From Candidatus Anderseniibacteriota bacterium (GTDB taxonomy: Bacteria > Patescibacteriota > JAUYIX01), in assembly GCA_046350855.1 (NCBI GenBank), contig JAXLZM010000002.1, positions 142,103-206,102 on the forward strand: a stretch of DNA of 64,000 bases. The letters are read 5' to 3'. Positions 42,139-51,229 of this stretch are shown here, piece after piece. The notes under the pieces were generated by a model, which was not told the origin of the DNA, made no database searches, and was given only the letters and a program-made list of their open reading frames with translations. The translations under genes were made by a program, and so were the position numbers. Each line of letters begins with the position of its first letter. Positions within the stretch are counted from its first letter, which is position 1.

Positions 42139-43173
42139 TTAGAGCTTTTTGAGCTCGTATTTTGTTCTGCCAGTGTTAATTACTAAGATCTTCTTGCTGG
42201 CTGGCACCTTGTTTTTGAGTTGCAACAAAAGTGCTAAGCCTGCGATACCTGATGGTTCTGCCTCCACGTTTTGTGACTCAGCAAGCGCCATAGCTTGATC
42301 CAAGTATTTTTCCTGAATTTGCTGCACGCCGGATTCCGGTCCGCATAATCCCGCAAAGCGATAAAACTTAATCCACTGTTCATCAAAATGAACAAACGGC
42401 AAATGTGGTGAGTAGAGTTTTTGTGCTTTACTCTCTGGCGAGGTGGTAGTCGCTCCAATAAAGTTGCACTTGCGGAGCTTGTGCACGTTGCCCCTAAAAC
42501 GCGGATCGTGGTGCTCGGTTGTAACCTCGCGCTTGTTGATGTTGAGAATGTTCTCAAACAAGTTGCCCGTGCCGAACGGAATGAAACAGTAGTCTGGAGA
42601 TGCGTTGATGACCTCGTAGCTGAGCCAGTCGTAAAAGCGGGTGGTTGGCGCGAGGGCTTCATTGGAGGTAATGTCGAAGCCGGTTGGATTATTGGTTAAT
42701 GCCAAAATTTCGCGCCACTGGAGGGATTTTCTCGAGAGATCAGTGTCGTAGAGTTCACAGCCGATTTCTTTGAGGCGGCTTTGGATTTTATCGTCGAGGT
42801 GAGAATCGACTAGTACTTTGAGGTGGGGCAGGAGGTATTTGTTGAGCTGCATTTGTATTGCAAAGGCTGCGGTTCCGGATGAAATAATCGACATATGGGG
42901 GAGGGCACCGCGGAGTTCACCTCGTTTTTTGGATTGTAGAAACTCGCGGTAGGTCACAACGATCTCCCAGGCCATGCGATCCTTGTGCGTGCCAGTTGGG
43001 TTTTTGCTCTCATCTTTGAGCCAGACATTTTTGAATCCGGGCACCGTGATGCGGTAGGTCGGTGTGGCGGGAAACTTGGGATCGTCAGCAGGGAACTCTG
43101 GCCTCTGCGGGTCGTTTTCTGAAGCTACAACGATCGAGCGTAGGATTTTGTTTTCTTTGGTCGTAAGGGTCAC
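42139..43173 (-). CDS. PLP-dependent enzyme, fold type II (threonine synthase/cysteine synthase-like)
   Basis: Lys-containing NPTGTHKDR motif and Gly-rich SSGTAAFA phosphate loop. Confidence 0.65.
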   Translation of the reverse strand: MTLTTKENKILRSIVVASENDPQRPEFPADDPKFPATPTYRITVPGFKNVWLKDESKNPTGTHKDRMAWEIVVTYREFLQSKKRGELRGALPHMSIISSGTAAFAIQMQLNKYLLPHLKVLVDSHLDDKIQSRLKEIGCELYDTDLSRKSLQWREILALTNNPTGFDITSNEALAPTTRFYDWLSYEVINASPDYCFIPFGTGNLFENILNINKREVTTEHHDPRFRGNVHKLRKCNFIGATTTSPESKAQKLYSPHLPFVHFDEQWIKFYRFAGLCGPESGVQQIQEKYLDQAMALAESQNVEAEPSGIAGLALLLQLKNKVPASKKILVINTGRTKYELKKL

Positions 43174-43463
43174 TAGCGCAGGATACTTGGCAAAATATCT
43201 TTTGTCTCGTCATTGATAAATGGCTGAACTGCTTCTCGGCATACTTCAAGTGCGCCACGACCAAAGAGCTGTTCATAGTGGAGCACGAGTTCTTTGATAA
43301 CCCGTTTTGGATCCCCAACAACGGCGACATACTTTTTTATGGGATCAAGCTTGATTCCATAAACTAGCGTTGCCTGCTCCCAGGCAAGTGGTCCGACGAT
43401 CTTTGCTTGTGCCTCAATGATAGCGCTGACAATCGCAGAGCTGATTTTTAAGGGCGGAGTCAT
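43173..43463 (-). CDS. small soluble protein, family A, copy 1 (96 aa)
   Basis: Paralog of 44351..44629 (shared ...I(V/I)GP(L/I)AWE(Q/E)AT... and C-terminal LPSIL(R/K)); translationally coupled to the upstream membrane protein. Confidence 0.5.
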   Translation of the reverse strand: MTPPLKISSAIVSAIIEAQAKIVGPLAWEQATLVYGIKLDPIKKYVAVVGDPKRVIKELVLHYEQLFGRGALEVCREAVQPFINDETKDILPSILR

Positions 43464-43472
43464 TGCAGAATC

Positions 43473-44354
43473 TTATTTTTCTATTGACCACGATTTTTCT
43501 TTTGTGGGTGGTACCCTCAGCCTTTTCGGATTGAATTGTGCCAAGCCAAGCCCCAAGATGAAGAAAGTGACCGTGTAAAGAAAATCTGAAATGCTTCCAT
43601 TAAAGTACGATCCTTTGGTCGTCATATAGACGAACAAAAAGTCTGCGAAATACATCATAAAAAAACCAAGCAACAAAATGGGCATTGCCTTTTTAAAGAT
43701 TCCTCCAATGTATTTTTTCGTGAGCTTATACGTTAGAATCGTAAGACTCAATAGGATCGCGTCTCCAATTGGGTAATAGAAATCAAAGAAAAGCTTAGTT
43801 TTGCCGCCTGCCACATCAATGGTTCCATTACGAGCAACTATAAAAAGTAAATAATAAGAAACCAAAATCACAATTGCCGGTAATAGTGTTACTAACAACT
43901 TTCCGCCAGTTTTCTTTACAGCATATTTGGCTCCTGTACTGCGTAGTAGCAGAACAATACCAATGGTCCAGAATAGGGGACATGAGCCGAAAAAGATGTC
44001 CGCCATCGAAGGATAGGGAACCTCGACTCCCTTAAAAAAAAGATAGTAGTTCCACATAATCATGCCCCCGCCGAAGGCCGCTGTACCTATAGAGATAAAT
44101 ATTAGAGAACGACCTATAGAGCTTGACCACCAACCCCATCCACGAGCACTTGCTAGGCCCAAGAAGCCTCCAATAAGGGGAAGGAGTGCGACACCTGTTA
44201 AGTACGGCTTTATTCCGAACTCAAAGAGTTTTCCTTGAAGAACTCGAGCGTTTCCCGCGCCTACAATGTAATAAAGCCAAAAAAGAGTAGTCAGGCCGAA
44301 AATTAGACAAAGAATTATTATTCCTATACTTACGTTTTTTTGATTGTTTTTCAT
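43473..44354 (-). CDS. 8-TM membrane protein, family B, copy 1 (293 aa)
   Basis: Paralog of 44638..45468; shared motifs FG..., PYPS(M/W)(A/G)D(I/V), (F/L)(Y/G)YPIGDA. Confidence 0.55.
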   Translation of the reverse strand: MKNNQKNVSIGIIILCLIFGLTTLFWLYYIVGAGNARVLQGKLFEFGIKPYLTGVALLPLIGGFLGLASARGWGWWSSSIGRSLIFISIGTAAFGGGMIMWNYYLFFKGVEVPYPSMADIFFGSCPLFWTIGIVLLLRSTGAKYAVKKTGGKLLVTLLPAIVILVSYYLLFIVARNGTIDVAGGKTKLFFDFYYPIGDAILLSLTILTYKLTKKYIGGIFKKAMPILLLGFFMMYFADFLFVYMTTKGSYFNGSISDFLYTVTFFILGLGLAQFNPKRLRVPPTKEKSWSIEK

Positions 44355-44629
44355 TTTAGGATGCTTGGTAACAATTCTTTACTTTCTTCATCAATTAGCG
44401 ACTTAACTGCTGCTCGACTAACTTGTCGTGCAGTTAATCCAAACAAAACTTCAAAATGTCGCACAAGTTCCTTTAGAACAACGGGCGCGACCCCAACAAC
44501 TTGAACTTTTTTACTTTGAAGATCAACCAAAAGCCCTGCCGTTTTTGTTGCCTCTTCCCAAGCAATCGGCCCAATAATCTTTGCATGCTCCTTGATGATA
44601 CTTTCTGCCATTTGATCGGCTAAGTCCAT
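44351..44629 (-). CDS. small soluble protein, family A, copy 2 (92 aa)
   Basis: See copy 1. Confidence 0.5.
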   Translation of the reverse strand: MDLADQMAESIIKEHAKIIGPIAWEEATKTAGLLVDLQSKKVQVVGVAPVVLKELVRHFEVLFGLTARQVSRAAVKSLIDEESKELLPSILK

Positions 44630-44637
44630 CGGAGTAT

Positions 44638-45468
44638 TTATTTGACCTCTTTAAAACGCTGCAATGCTACGCCTAATTGTAACAACGCAAGTGTCATTAC
44701 GAAGTAAGCAAAGAAACAAAGGAAATCGACGCTTCCAGCAACATAGTAGGTCCCGCGACCCGCTTGGTATAAAAATGCAAAATCAGTGCAGTATTGCATG
44801 ATAAGAGCAAAGATTAGAAAGAGTATCGGAGCTCGTATGATGCCTCCCAAGAAGTTGCGTGAGAGCGCAAAAACCAGCAAGGCTGCAGAAACATAAATTG
44901 CATCGCCAATCGGGTACCCCAAATCAAGAAAAGTCCGCAATGGTTGCGACCAATCAGGCGTATAACCTCTTAAGAAAAATATAGTAGTTATGCTGAGCAT
45001 AATTAGCGGTATAACGACAGCTAGAGTTTTGCCTTTAAAGAATCGCAATGATAATTCGTTGCGCATTGCTTTTGCTAATGCGATTGCCCCCAACATGTAT
45101 AAAATAACCGTTCCAAAGTAACCAACGTCGCCCCAGGAAGGATATGGAGTCGTAATGTTTTTTACGTAAACGTAATATTCGTACACGGCCTGCCCGATTA
45201 ATTGAAACCCAAATCCAATTGTTAAGAAGAGAAGAGCCCGGCCAAGTTGGCTTTTCCTGCCGCCCCATTTTTTTGCGATCATCAAGCCACAAACTAAGCC
45301 TGGCCCGACAATTAATGGGTAGAGCAGAGTCAAAAATAAAATTTCTACCCCATTCTCGACTCCACGAATATGAATCGTAACCCACCAAATTGCGATTGCT
45401 ACAAAATAGATCGTACAAATTCTTGCGACATAACTTCGTTTGAGGGTCTCGTACAAGCTTTTTATCAT
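44638..45468 (-). CDS. 8-TM membrane protein, family B, copy 2 (276 aa)
   Basis: See copy 1. Confidence 0.55.
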   Translation of the reverse strand: MIKSLYETLKRSYVARICTIYFVAIAIWWVTIHIRGVENGVEILFLTLLYPLIVGPGLVCGLMIAKKWGGRKSQLGRALLFLTIGFGFQLIGQAVYEYYVYVKNITTPYPSWGDVGYFGTVILYMLGAIALAKAMRNELSLRFFKGKTLAVVIPLIMLSITTIFFLRGYTPDWSQPLRTFLDLGYPIGDAIYVSAALLVFALSRNFLGGIIRAPILFLIFALIMQYCTDFAFLYQAGRGTYYVAGSVDFLCFFAYFVMTLALLQLGVALQRFKEVK

Positions 45469-45491
45469 TGACTTATCTTACTTAATGAACC

Positions 45492-46817
45492 TTAAGAAAA
45501 TGTAGAATTCGAGGCCTCTGGTAAAACGGCTCGTAGTACGGTCCTATACTCATCTGCCTCCGGTATCGAGAGTTGGCCTCCGTGCGCACTCAAGATCCAA
45601 TGTGCGATATCGAGCTCAAGTCCTGTGATTCCTGCTTGTCGATCATCGCGCGTAGGTCGAGATTGTTTAATATCCTCTAACAAAACACGAAGCTGCCGTC
45701 CTTGACGTTGCGGGAGTGCGCTAAAAATAAGATCAATAGAATAGCTTGGTTTGGGCTGGTCATGGTGAAGCTCAACTAGCAAATCTTTTGGTGCCAAACG
45801 CAACGCACGCAATAGCAAGAGCTGCAAAAGCTTATATAGTAGTCCGGCATCGCCACGAATGAGGCTCGGCGTCCCTTCTATGAGAGTTGGACGCCAAATC
45901 AGTCGGCGGTTTTGGGTTTGTGCAAAATCCAGTGCGTACTCTACTGCATCGTCGACCAACAGCTCTAAATCAATCGGCTCAGCTTGAACCTGTATCTTGC
46001 CCGCCTCTGCGCGTGATAAATCCAGAATATGATCGATAAATTTCGTCATCCAAGAGACCTCGGCCTGCACTACCTTAAACTCAGCCGAGTCAGTAAGTCG
46101 CTCTTGCAAAGCAAAGGACATTACAACAACAGGGTTTTTGAGATCATGCGCCAACTGATCGAATTGCAAGGCATTATCGTGATCACGCTGATTAAGACGG
46201 TCATTGAGTCGCTGTAATGATTTTGTACTTTGCTGCAGCCTCGCTTTTATCTGTTCTAGCCGCAGCTGCTCATAGCGTCGCGCTTGAGCCAAGTCAAAGA
46301 GTACTGAGAGTTGATCGGCAAAACGTTGCAATGTTCTTCTGTCCCACTCTGTCCACGGGTCACCATTGTGTTTTGATCCAAAACAAAGAACGGCCTTGCG
46401 GTCATTGCCAATGGCTATTTGTAGTTTGGCATTGAGATTAACTGTACCCAGTTCTTGTAGTTCTAACGGAGCTTGAGTTGTAGTGCCAAGTGTTTTAATA
46501 GTCAGGGGAATAAGCTGCGCAAGAGGGGTAACAAGGATAAGCCGCTGTATCAATCCTTCTAGGAGCTCTTGGTAATCAAAAGAGCCCTTATAAATATGCT
46601 CTCGTGCCAATCGTTCTCCAGTTGGCACAAGTTGTGCCATGACAATTGCAATCAGGCTAATCACGAAAACAATACCTATAAGACGAGCGGTTGGGTATTG
46701 AAACAGTAACTTGTTAGTGCTGTTAAGTAGGATATAACTCGCCGGCCCAAGCAGTACAAGTATGCTGAAGTATAAAGCAATATAACGGCTCACGACGACA
46801 AGTAGATAGCGCTTCAT
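45492..46817 (-). CDS. sensor histidine kinase (membrane anchored), canonical H-box
   Basis: N-terminal TM helices; H-box LAHDLKNPV; HATPase_c motifs; 4-bp overlap with the upstream kinase. Confidence 0.8.
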   Translation of the reverse strand: MKRYLLVVVSRYIALYFSILVLLGPASYILLNSTNKLLFQYPTARLIGIVFVISLIAIVMAQLVPTGERLAREHIYKGSFDYQELLEGLIQRLILVTPLAQLIPLTIKTLGTTTQAPLELQELGTVNLNAKLQIAIGNDRKAVLCFGSKHNGDPWTEWDRRTLQRFADQLSVLFDLAQARRYEQLRLEQIKARLQQSTKSLQRLNDRLNQRDHDNALQFDQLAHDLKNPVVVMSFALQERLTDSAEFKVVQAEVSWMTKFIDHILDLSRAEAGKIQVQAEPIDLELLVDDAVEYALDFAQTQNRRLIWRPTLIEGTPSLIRGDAGLLYKLLQLLLLRALRLAPKDLLVELHHDQPKPSYSIDLIFSALPQRQGRQLRVLLEDIKQSRPTRDDRQAGITGLELDIAHWILSAHGGQLSIPEADEYRTVLRAVLPEASNSTFS

Positions 46818-48265
46818 ACAGAAATTCTTGTACTAACGTGTAATTCAACTAAAAACTGATTGCCTTGTGGTTCAACTCCGTCTTCCATTATTACAATCTG
46901 GGCATTGCCGCCATAGGCCTTTGCTAGCTTACGAACAATAGAAAGGCCAAGGCCGGTGCCTTTTTGGGTTACGCTACTGGCAGTACGGTAAAACGGTTCA
47001 AAAATCAGATCTTGCTCGTCTGGCGAAATTGGCTGGTTTTGATCCGTTACTTTAACCAAAAGACGTCCTGGAGAAACCGTAATACTACAGTCTATTTGAG
47101 TGTTCTTGATCGAATACTTGATAGCGTTTTCTATGAGATTATCGAGAATTTCTTCAAGATGGAGCGGCTTGATCGAAACCTGAGAGCACTTAGGTGAAGC
47201 TTTTACCGTAAGCGAAACGCTTTTTCGTGAGGCCAACTTTGCAAAACGAGTGTGTAACTTCTCAAGAAACATATCTATGTCGATCCATTCAACAAGGGGA
47301 GCGTCAACGATCTCAGTGCCACCAGATTGCTCGAACTCCTTGCTTAAGCTGACTAATTTTGCAACGGATTCCGTGATGGATTGTTGTGCTTCTTTGGGCA
47401 ACTCAATGGCACCACTTTGCACACCCGAAAGAACCACCGTTAACGGCGTGCGTAGTTCTCGGGCAACCGTTTTGAAAAATGCGGTACGATCTTGTAATTT
47501 TTTGTACAAGTTGGCGTTAGCTTGATGCAGCTGTTCTGTTTGTTGTTCAGTCACTAGCTGAACTTCAGCGACATGGTTTTTTCTTGTTCTTTGTAGTTGC
47601 TCTACCTCGGTTTTTGCAGCATACAGTGCGATATCTTTTTGGATACTCTCCACTTCTAGTGGAGTGAAAGCGATATTAAACTTCTTATGTCCCAATACGA
47701 AATAACCGTCTAAAGCAGGCAGGGCAAGAGAGACACGTTGCGGCCCCGTACCCGTTATGGTTCTAAAATGCTGGCCTAGTATGTAGTCCTTACTAATATC
47801 TATCGGATTCGCAAAACGCGTAGATGCAGCTTGTTCTTGTAGGCGGGCAGTTATTTCGTTGAACGCAATACTGCCTTCTGTTAGCGGTGCTTTGATTTTT
47901 CTATTAACCCAGACAACCCCAGTCAGCTGGTACTTTTCTACCAGTGATTGCAAAAAGCTTTTACGATTTGGCTGAATCTCGTGTTGTTTGTAGTCGCGTG
48001 TTATTTGACGACCCCAAAACCTATTCAGCAGTTGCTGGAGCACAATGACGATAAATAAGCCGGCGATAATTTGACTAAATACAGTTGTGCTTGAGTTTTG
48101 TTCAGCCTGATTACTGAGCCCTACCTTAGGCCAAAAAATAATAGTGATCAGGACGACACTTGTGATCGTCGCGAGTACCACATGCCTTGAGAACGTAACA
48201 GCGGTATTAATCGTCCCGTAACGTAGAACAACAAGACAAAGCGAATACAACAGCAAGAGACTCAC
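46814..48265 (-). CDS. sensor histidine kinase-like protein with Arg replacing the phospho-acceptor His (ARELRTPL); N-terminus possibly longer or frameshifted
   Basis: HisKA-like box VARELRTPLTVV, where the consensus is hELRTPL; intact N, G1, G2 boxes (LIENAIKYS, GTGLGLSIV). Confidence 0.7.
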   Translation of the reverse strand: MSLLLLYSLCLVVLRYGTINTAVTFSRHVVLATITSVVLITIIFWPKVGLSNQAEQNSSTTVFSQIIAGLFIVIVLQQLLNRFWGRQITRDYKQHEIQPNRKSFLQSLVEKYQLTGVVWVNRKIKAPLTEGSIAFNEITARLQEQAASTRFANPIDISKDYILGQHFRTITGTGPQRVSLALPALDGYFVLGHKKFNIAFTPLEVESIQKDIALYAAKTEVEQLQRTRKNHVAEVQLVTEQQTEQLHQANANLYKKLQDRTAFFKTVARELRTPLTVVLSGVQSGAIELPKEAQQSITESVAKLVSLSKEFEQSGGTEIVDAPLVEWIDIDMFLEKLHTRFAKLASRKSVSLTVKASPKCSQVSIKPLHLEEILDNLIENAIKYSIKNTQIDCSITVSPGRLLVKVTDQNQPISPDEQDLIFEPFYRTASSVTQKGTGLGLSIVRKLAKAYGGNAQIVIMEDGVEPQGNQFLVELHVSTRISV

Positions 48266-49139
48266 AGAAAGATAGGAATAGTAGTAGGCGTAAAAATCTG
48301 CGATACCAAATGCTGAAATTACTGAAAAAGCGACTGCGTTTACTACGATCGCCAGAAAAAGCGATGCCGATAATTTTCATTGGTCGCCTATCGTTCAGCG
48401 ACATCTTTTTATGTTTGATAAAGAGCGCTATGCTGCAAGTGCCCAAAAGGATGGATAGGCTACTTGTGAAGCACAAAGTAAGGCAACTCGGTTCTGGTGA
48501 CAATATTTTGTATCGAGTAGTCATACTGCAAAACCAGGCCTTGCGGCAGTAAGTTCAGAATAATGGTGCCAGCATTAGTAATGGTGGAAAGTCCGACAAT
48601 AAAAAACGCGATACAGTGCGACTCGAATACGGAGGAAACTTGCCAATAAAAACAAATAAAAAATACAAAAACTCCAATAGGGGACGACGTGCTTAGCGAC
48701 CAAGCCAAAGATATAATCCGGTGGCTGGTGGTAGCCTGATCGTCGGCGGAATGTTAAGAGCGATCCACAGGACGAACGCCAAACAAAAAAGCCTGCCCAT
48801 TGGGAGGGGTAGCGATTTTTGGATTAGACTTTAAATAGCGCAATCGTGAGTAAAGCCGCAACTATCAAAAACGGCGAAAGCGATTATTGCTTGTGTAACG
48901 CTAATACAGTTCAAGCAAGATCCTGAAAGGCTAGACGATCATGGCTTTATCGTCAAGGACTGCAATGAAAGAAAAAATTCATCCTGAAACCGTTCAAAAA
49001 TAGAGAGCGGATGCTGGGTACGGTAATAACCATCTTTATTTTTGAATTTGCGCCGAGCAGGACCAAACTGACAAAAACTTAAGAAAAGGTGAAATCGCTA
49101 TATTTTTGTGTAAAATAGCTCCACGACAAAATCCTGAAT

Positions 49140-50064
49140 CTTGTACGAACTGTTAAGCCTACCCAAGTGCCCTTATCTGAGCTCCCACGACAAAAGCTTG
49201 AACTAACCGATCGACCAGGCATAGAGAGACTGCGAAAAGAGTTTCCGGCGTACTCAGATTTCAATTTTACAAGCCTCTGGTGCTGGATACTAAGAACGAT
49301 CTTACTTTCTCGGTTGTCGAAGGAAATCTTGCAGTAAAGTTTAATGATTATCTAACTGGAGATCCGTTTATTCGCATTCTTAGGTAAAAATCAAGCAGAG
49401 GCCGCAGAAAGGCTACTTCCGAACGGCAGCAGATAGAGGAAGCCATAAGGTTGAATTGCGTTTAGCGCCTGCTGAGTCTGTACAGTCGTTGGATGCTAGT
49501 AAGTATTATATCGCACCAGATGAAAACAACTTTGACTATCTCTTATCAACTGAAGAACTATCCTCATTTAAAGGAAATAAGTGGCGTGCGAAGAGTAACT
49601 TTGTTAACCGCTTCAAAAAAATGTATCGATCAAAAGTCATAGAGTTGGATCTGGGAGACCCATCGACTGAAAAAAAAATTAAAGGTTTATTCGGACTTTG
49701 GGCACAAAAAAAGGCACCCAACTCTAAAGATACAAAAAATGAAGGTATCGCAATTTCAAGGTTGTTGCAGTTCTCAAAACACTTTAAAACTGAATCAATA
49801 GGTTTAGAAATAGAAGGTGAACTGGTTGGTTTTTCAATAAATGAAATAACCTCCCCATCATCAGCTTTATTACATTTTGAAAAGGCTAATCTTAATTTCG
49901 TAGGCGTTTATGCTTACCTCATGCAACAAACCGCAGTCCATTTGCGCAATAAAGGATGTACGATATTAAACTATGAGCAAGATCTTGGGCTGCAAGGCTT
50001 AAAGAAAGCAAAGGCCTCTTATTTCCCCGTATCTTTTTTAAAAAAATACGTTGTTAGCAAATGA
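49140..50064 (+). pseudogene. DUF2156 (MprF C-terminal lysyltransferase-like domain) gene remnant, multiple frame disruptions
   Basis: Family assignment is from pattern memory. N-terminal fragment ...RLRKEFPAYSDFNFTSLWCW... at ~49140-49300 in one frame, two further fragments in other frames, then a 202-aa ORF 49456..50064. Confidence 0.45.
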
Positions 50065-50140
50065 CGCTAGTAAGGAATGCATACAATAATGTAAAATATT
50101 TGCACGAGCATGTGGCACATATTTAAGAGACTCGTTTCTC

Positions 50141-50968
50141 GTGATTGGGCGGCAAAACAGCGTTGCTTATTTTTTAGCGCTGTTTGCATGGTGGTTTCTG
50201 TTACAAGTTTTGTATCAAGGACAAGATGCTGAAAAAAACTTAATTTGGGCGGCCACATATCAGCTCGTTGCTTTGCTTGGTGCTATTTTGGGGAATTTTT
50301 GTTTCGCGGTCTTGGGGTGGAACTAAAAGTGTTTTTGGTAGAGCAATTGGTGCGTTTGCGCTGGGTCTACTTTTCCAAACTATTGGACAAAGCGTCTTTA
50401 GTTTTTACAATTCCATTTTAAAAGTCGAAATTCCCTTATCCTCACTAGCAGATGTCGGTTTTTTTGGAAGCATTCCGTTGCATGTATATGGCGCAATTTC
50501 TTTAGGTAGAGCTTCGGGCGCCGTCGTTTCTCTGCGAAGATTCCGCAACCAACTTTCAGCCTTTTATTACCTGCGGCAGCGCTTTTGATTTCTTATTTAT
50601 TTTTCTTGAGGTTATGAGTTTGATTGGGAGTTCACCATTGCGGGTTTTTCTAGATTTTGCATATCCATTGGGACAAGCAACTTTATGTTTCTTTCGCATT
50701 GCTTGTTTTTATCATTACAAAAAATTCTCGGCGGCATTATGCGTCCCAGGGTACTTTTATTTTGATTGCCCTTTGCAGTACAGTACTTGGCCGATTATAC
50801 TTTCTTTTTCATATTTTCAGATTGATGCAACGAAGTGCAGGACTCTATTTATTTAGCTGCTTATTTGTTTATGTCGTTGGCATTGTTGCAAATAAATCGC
50901 GTTGGCATCCAAAGAGCTGTGATCAGTTTTTGCGAAGTTACAAGACCAGATTGCTGCTAAGATCATAA
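50141..50968 (+). pseudogene. decayed third copy of family B membrane protein
   Basis: Four overlapping ORF fragments that align segment by segment with 44638..45468 (GQSVFSFYN / GQAVYEYY; ADVGFFGS / GDVGYFGT; DFAYPLGQA / DLGYPIGDA). Confidence 0.5.
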
Positions 50969-51211
50969 AAGACCAAGAACTTATAATTGGTCCTTTCGCG
51001 TGGTCCGAAGCAAAGAAGGTGAAGGGCCGTGAGGGTCAACCCAAACACTAATCAAGCAGAAATCTTAGGAGCACCAAAAGTCGTTTTAGAGTCCTTGGTC
51101 AAAAGATACGCGCGCTTATTTGGTGATGCTTCTATCGAAGTTTGCAAGGATGCAGCAAGACCATTTATTGGAAAGTTTCCAAAGGCTGAGTTGCCAGCAA
51201 GTCTTCAATAG
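50923..51211 (+). pseudogene. decayed third copy of family A small protein (start codon lost, internal frameshift/stop at ~51049)
   Basis: ...QDQIAAKIIKDQELIIGPFAWSEAKKV... then stop; C-terminal part in another frame ...LVKRYARLFGDASIEVCKDAARPFIGKFPKAELPASLQ. Confidence 0.45.
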
Positions 51212-51229
51212 TTTTTAGGCTTCTAACTC

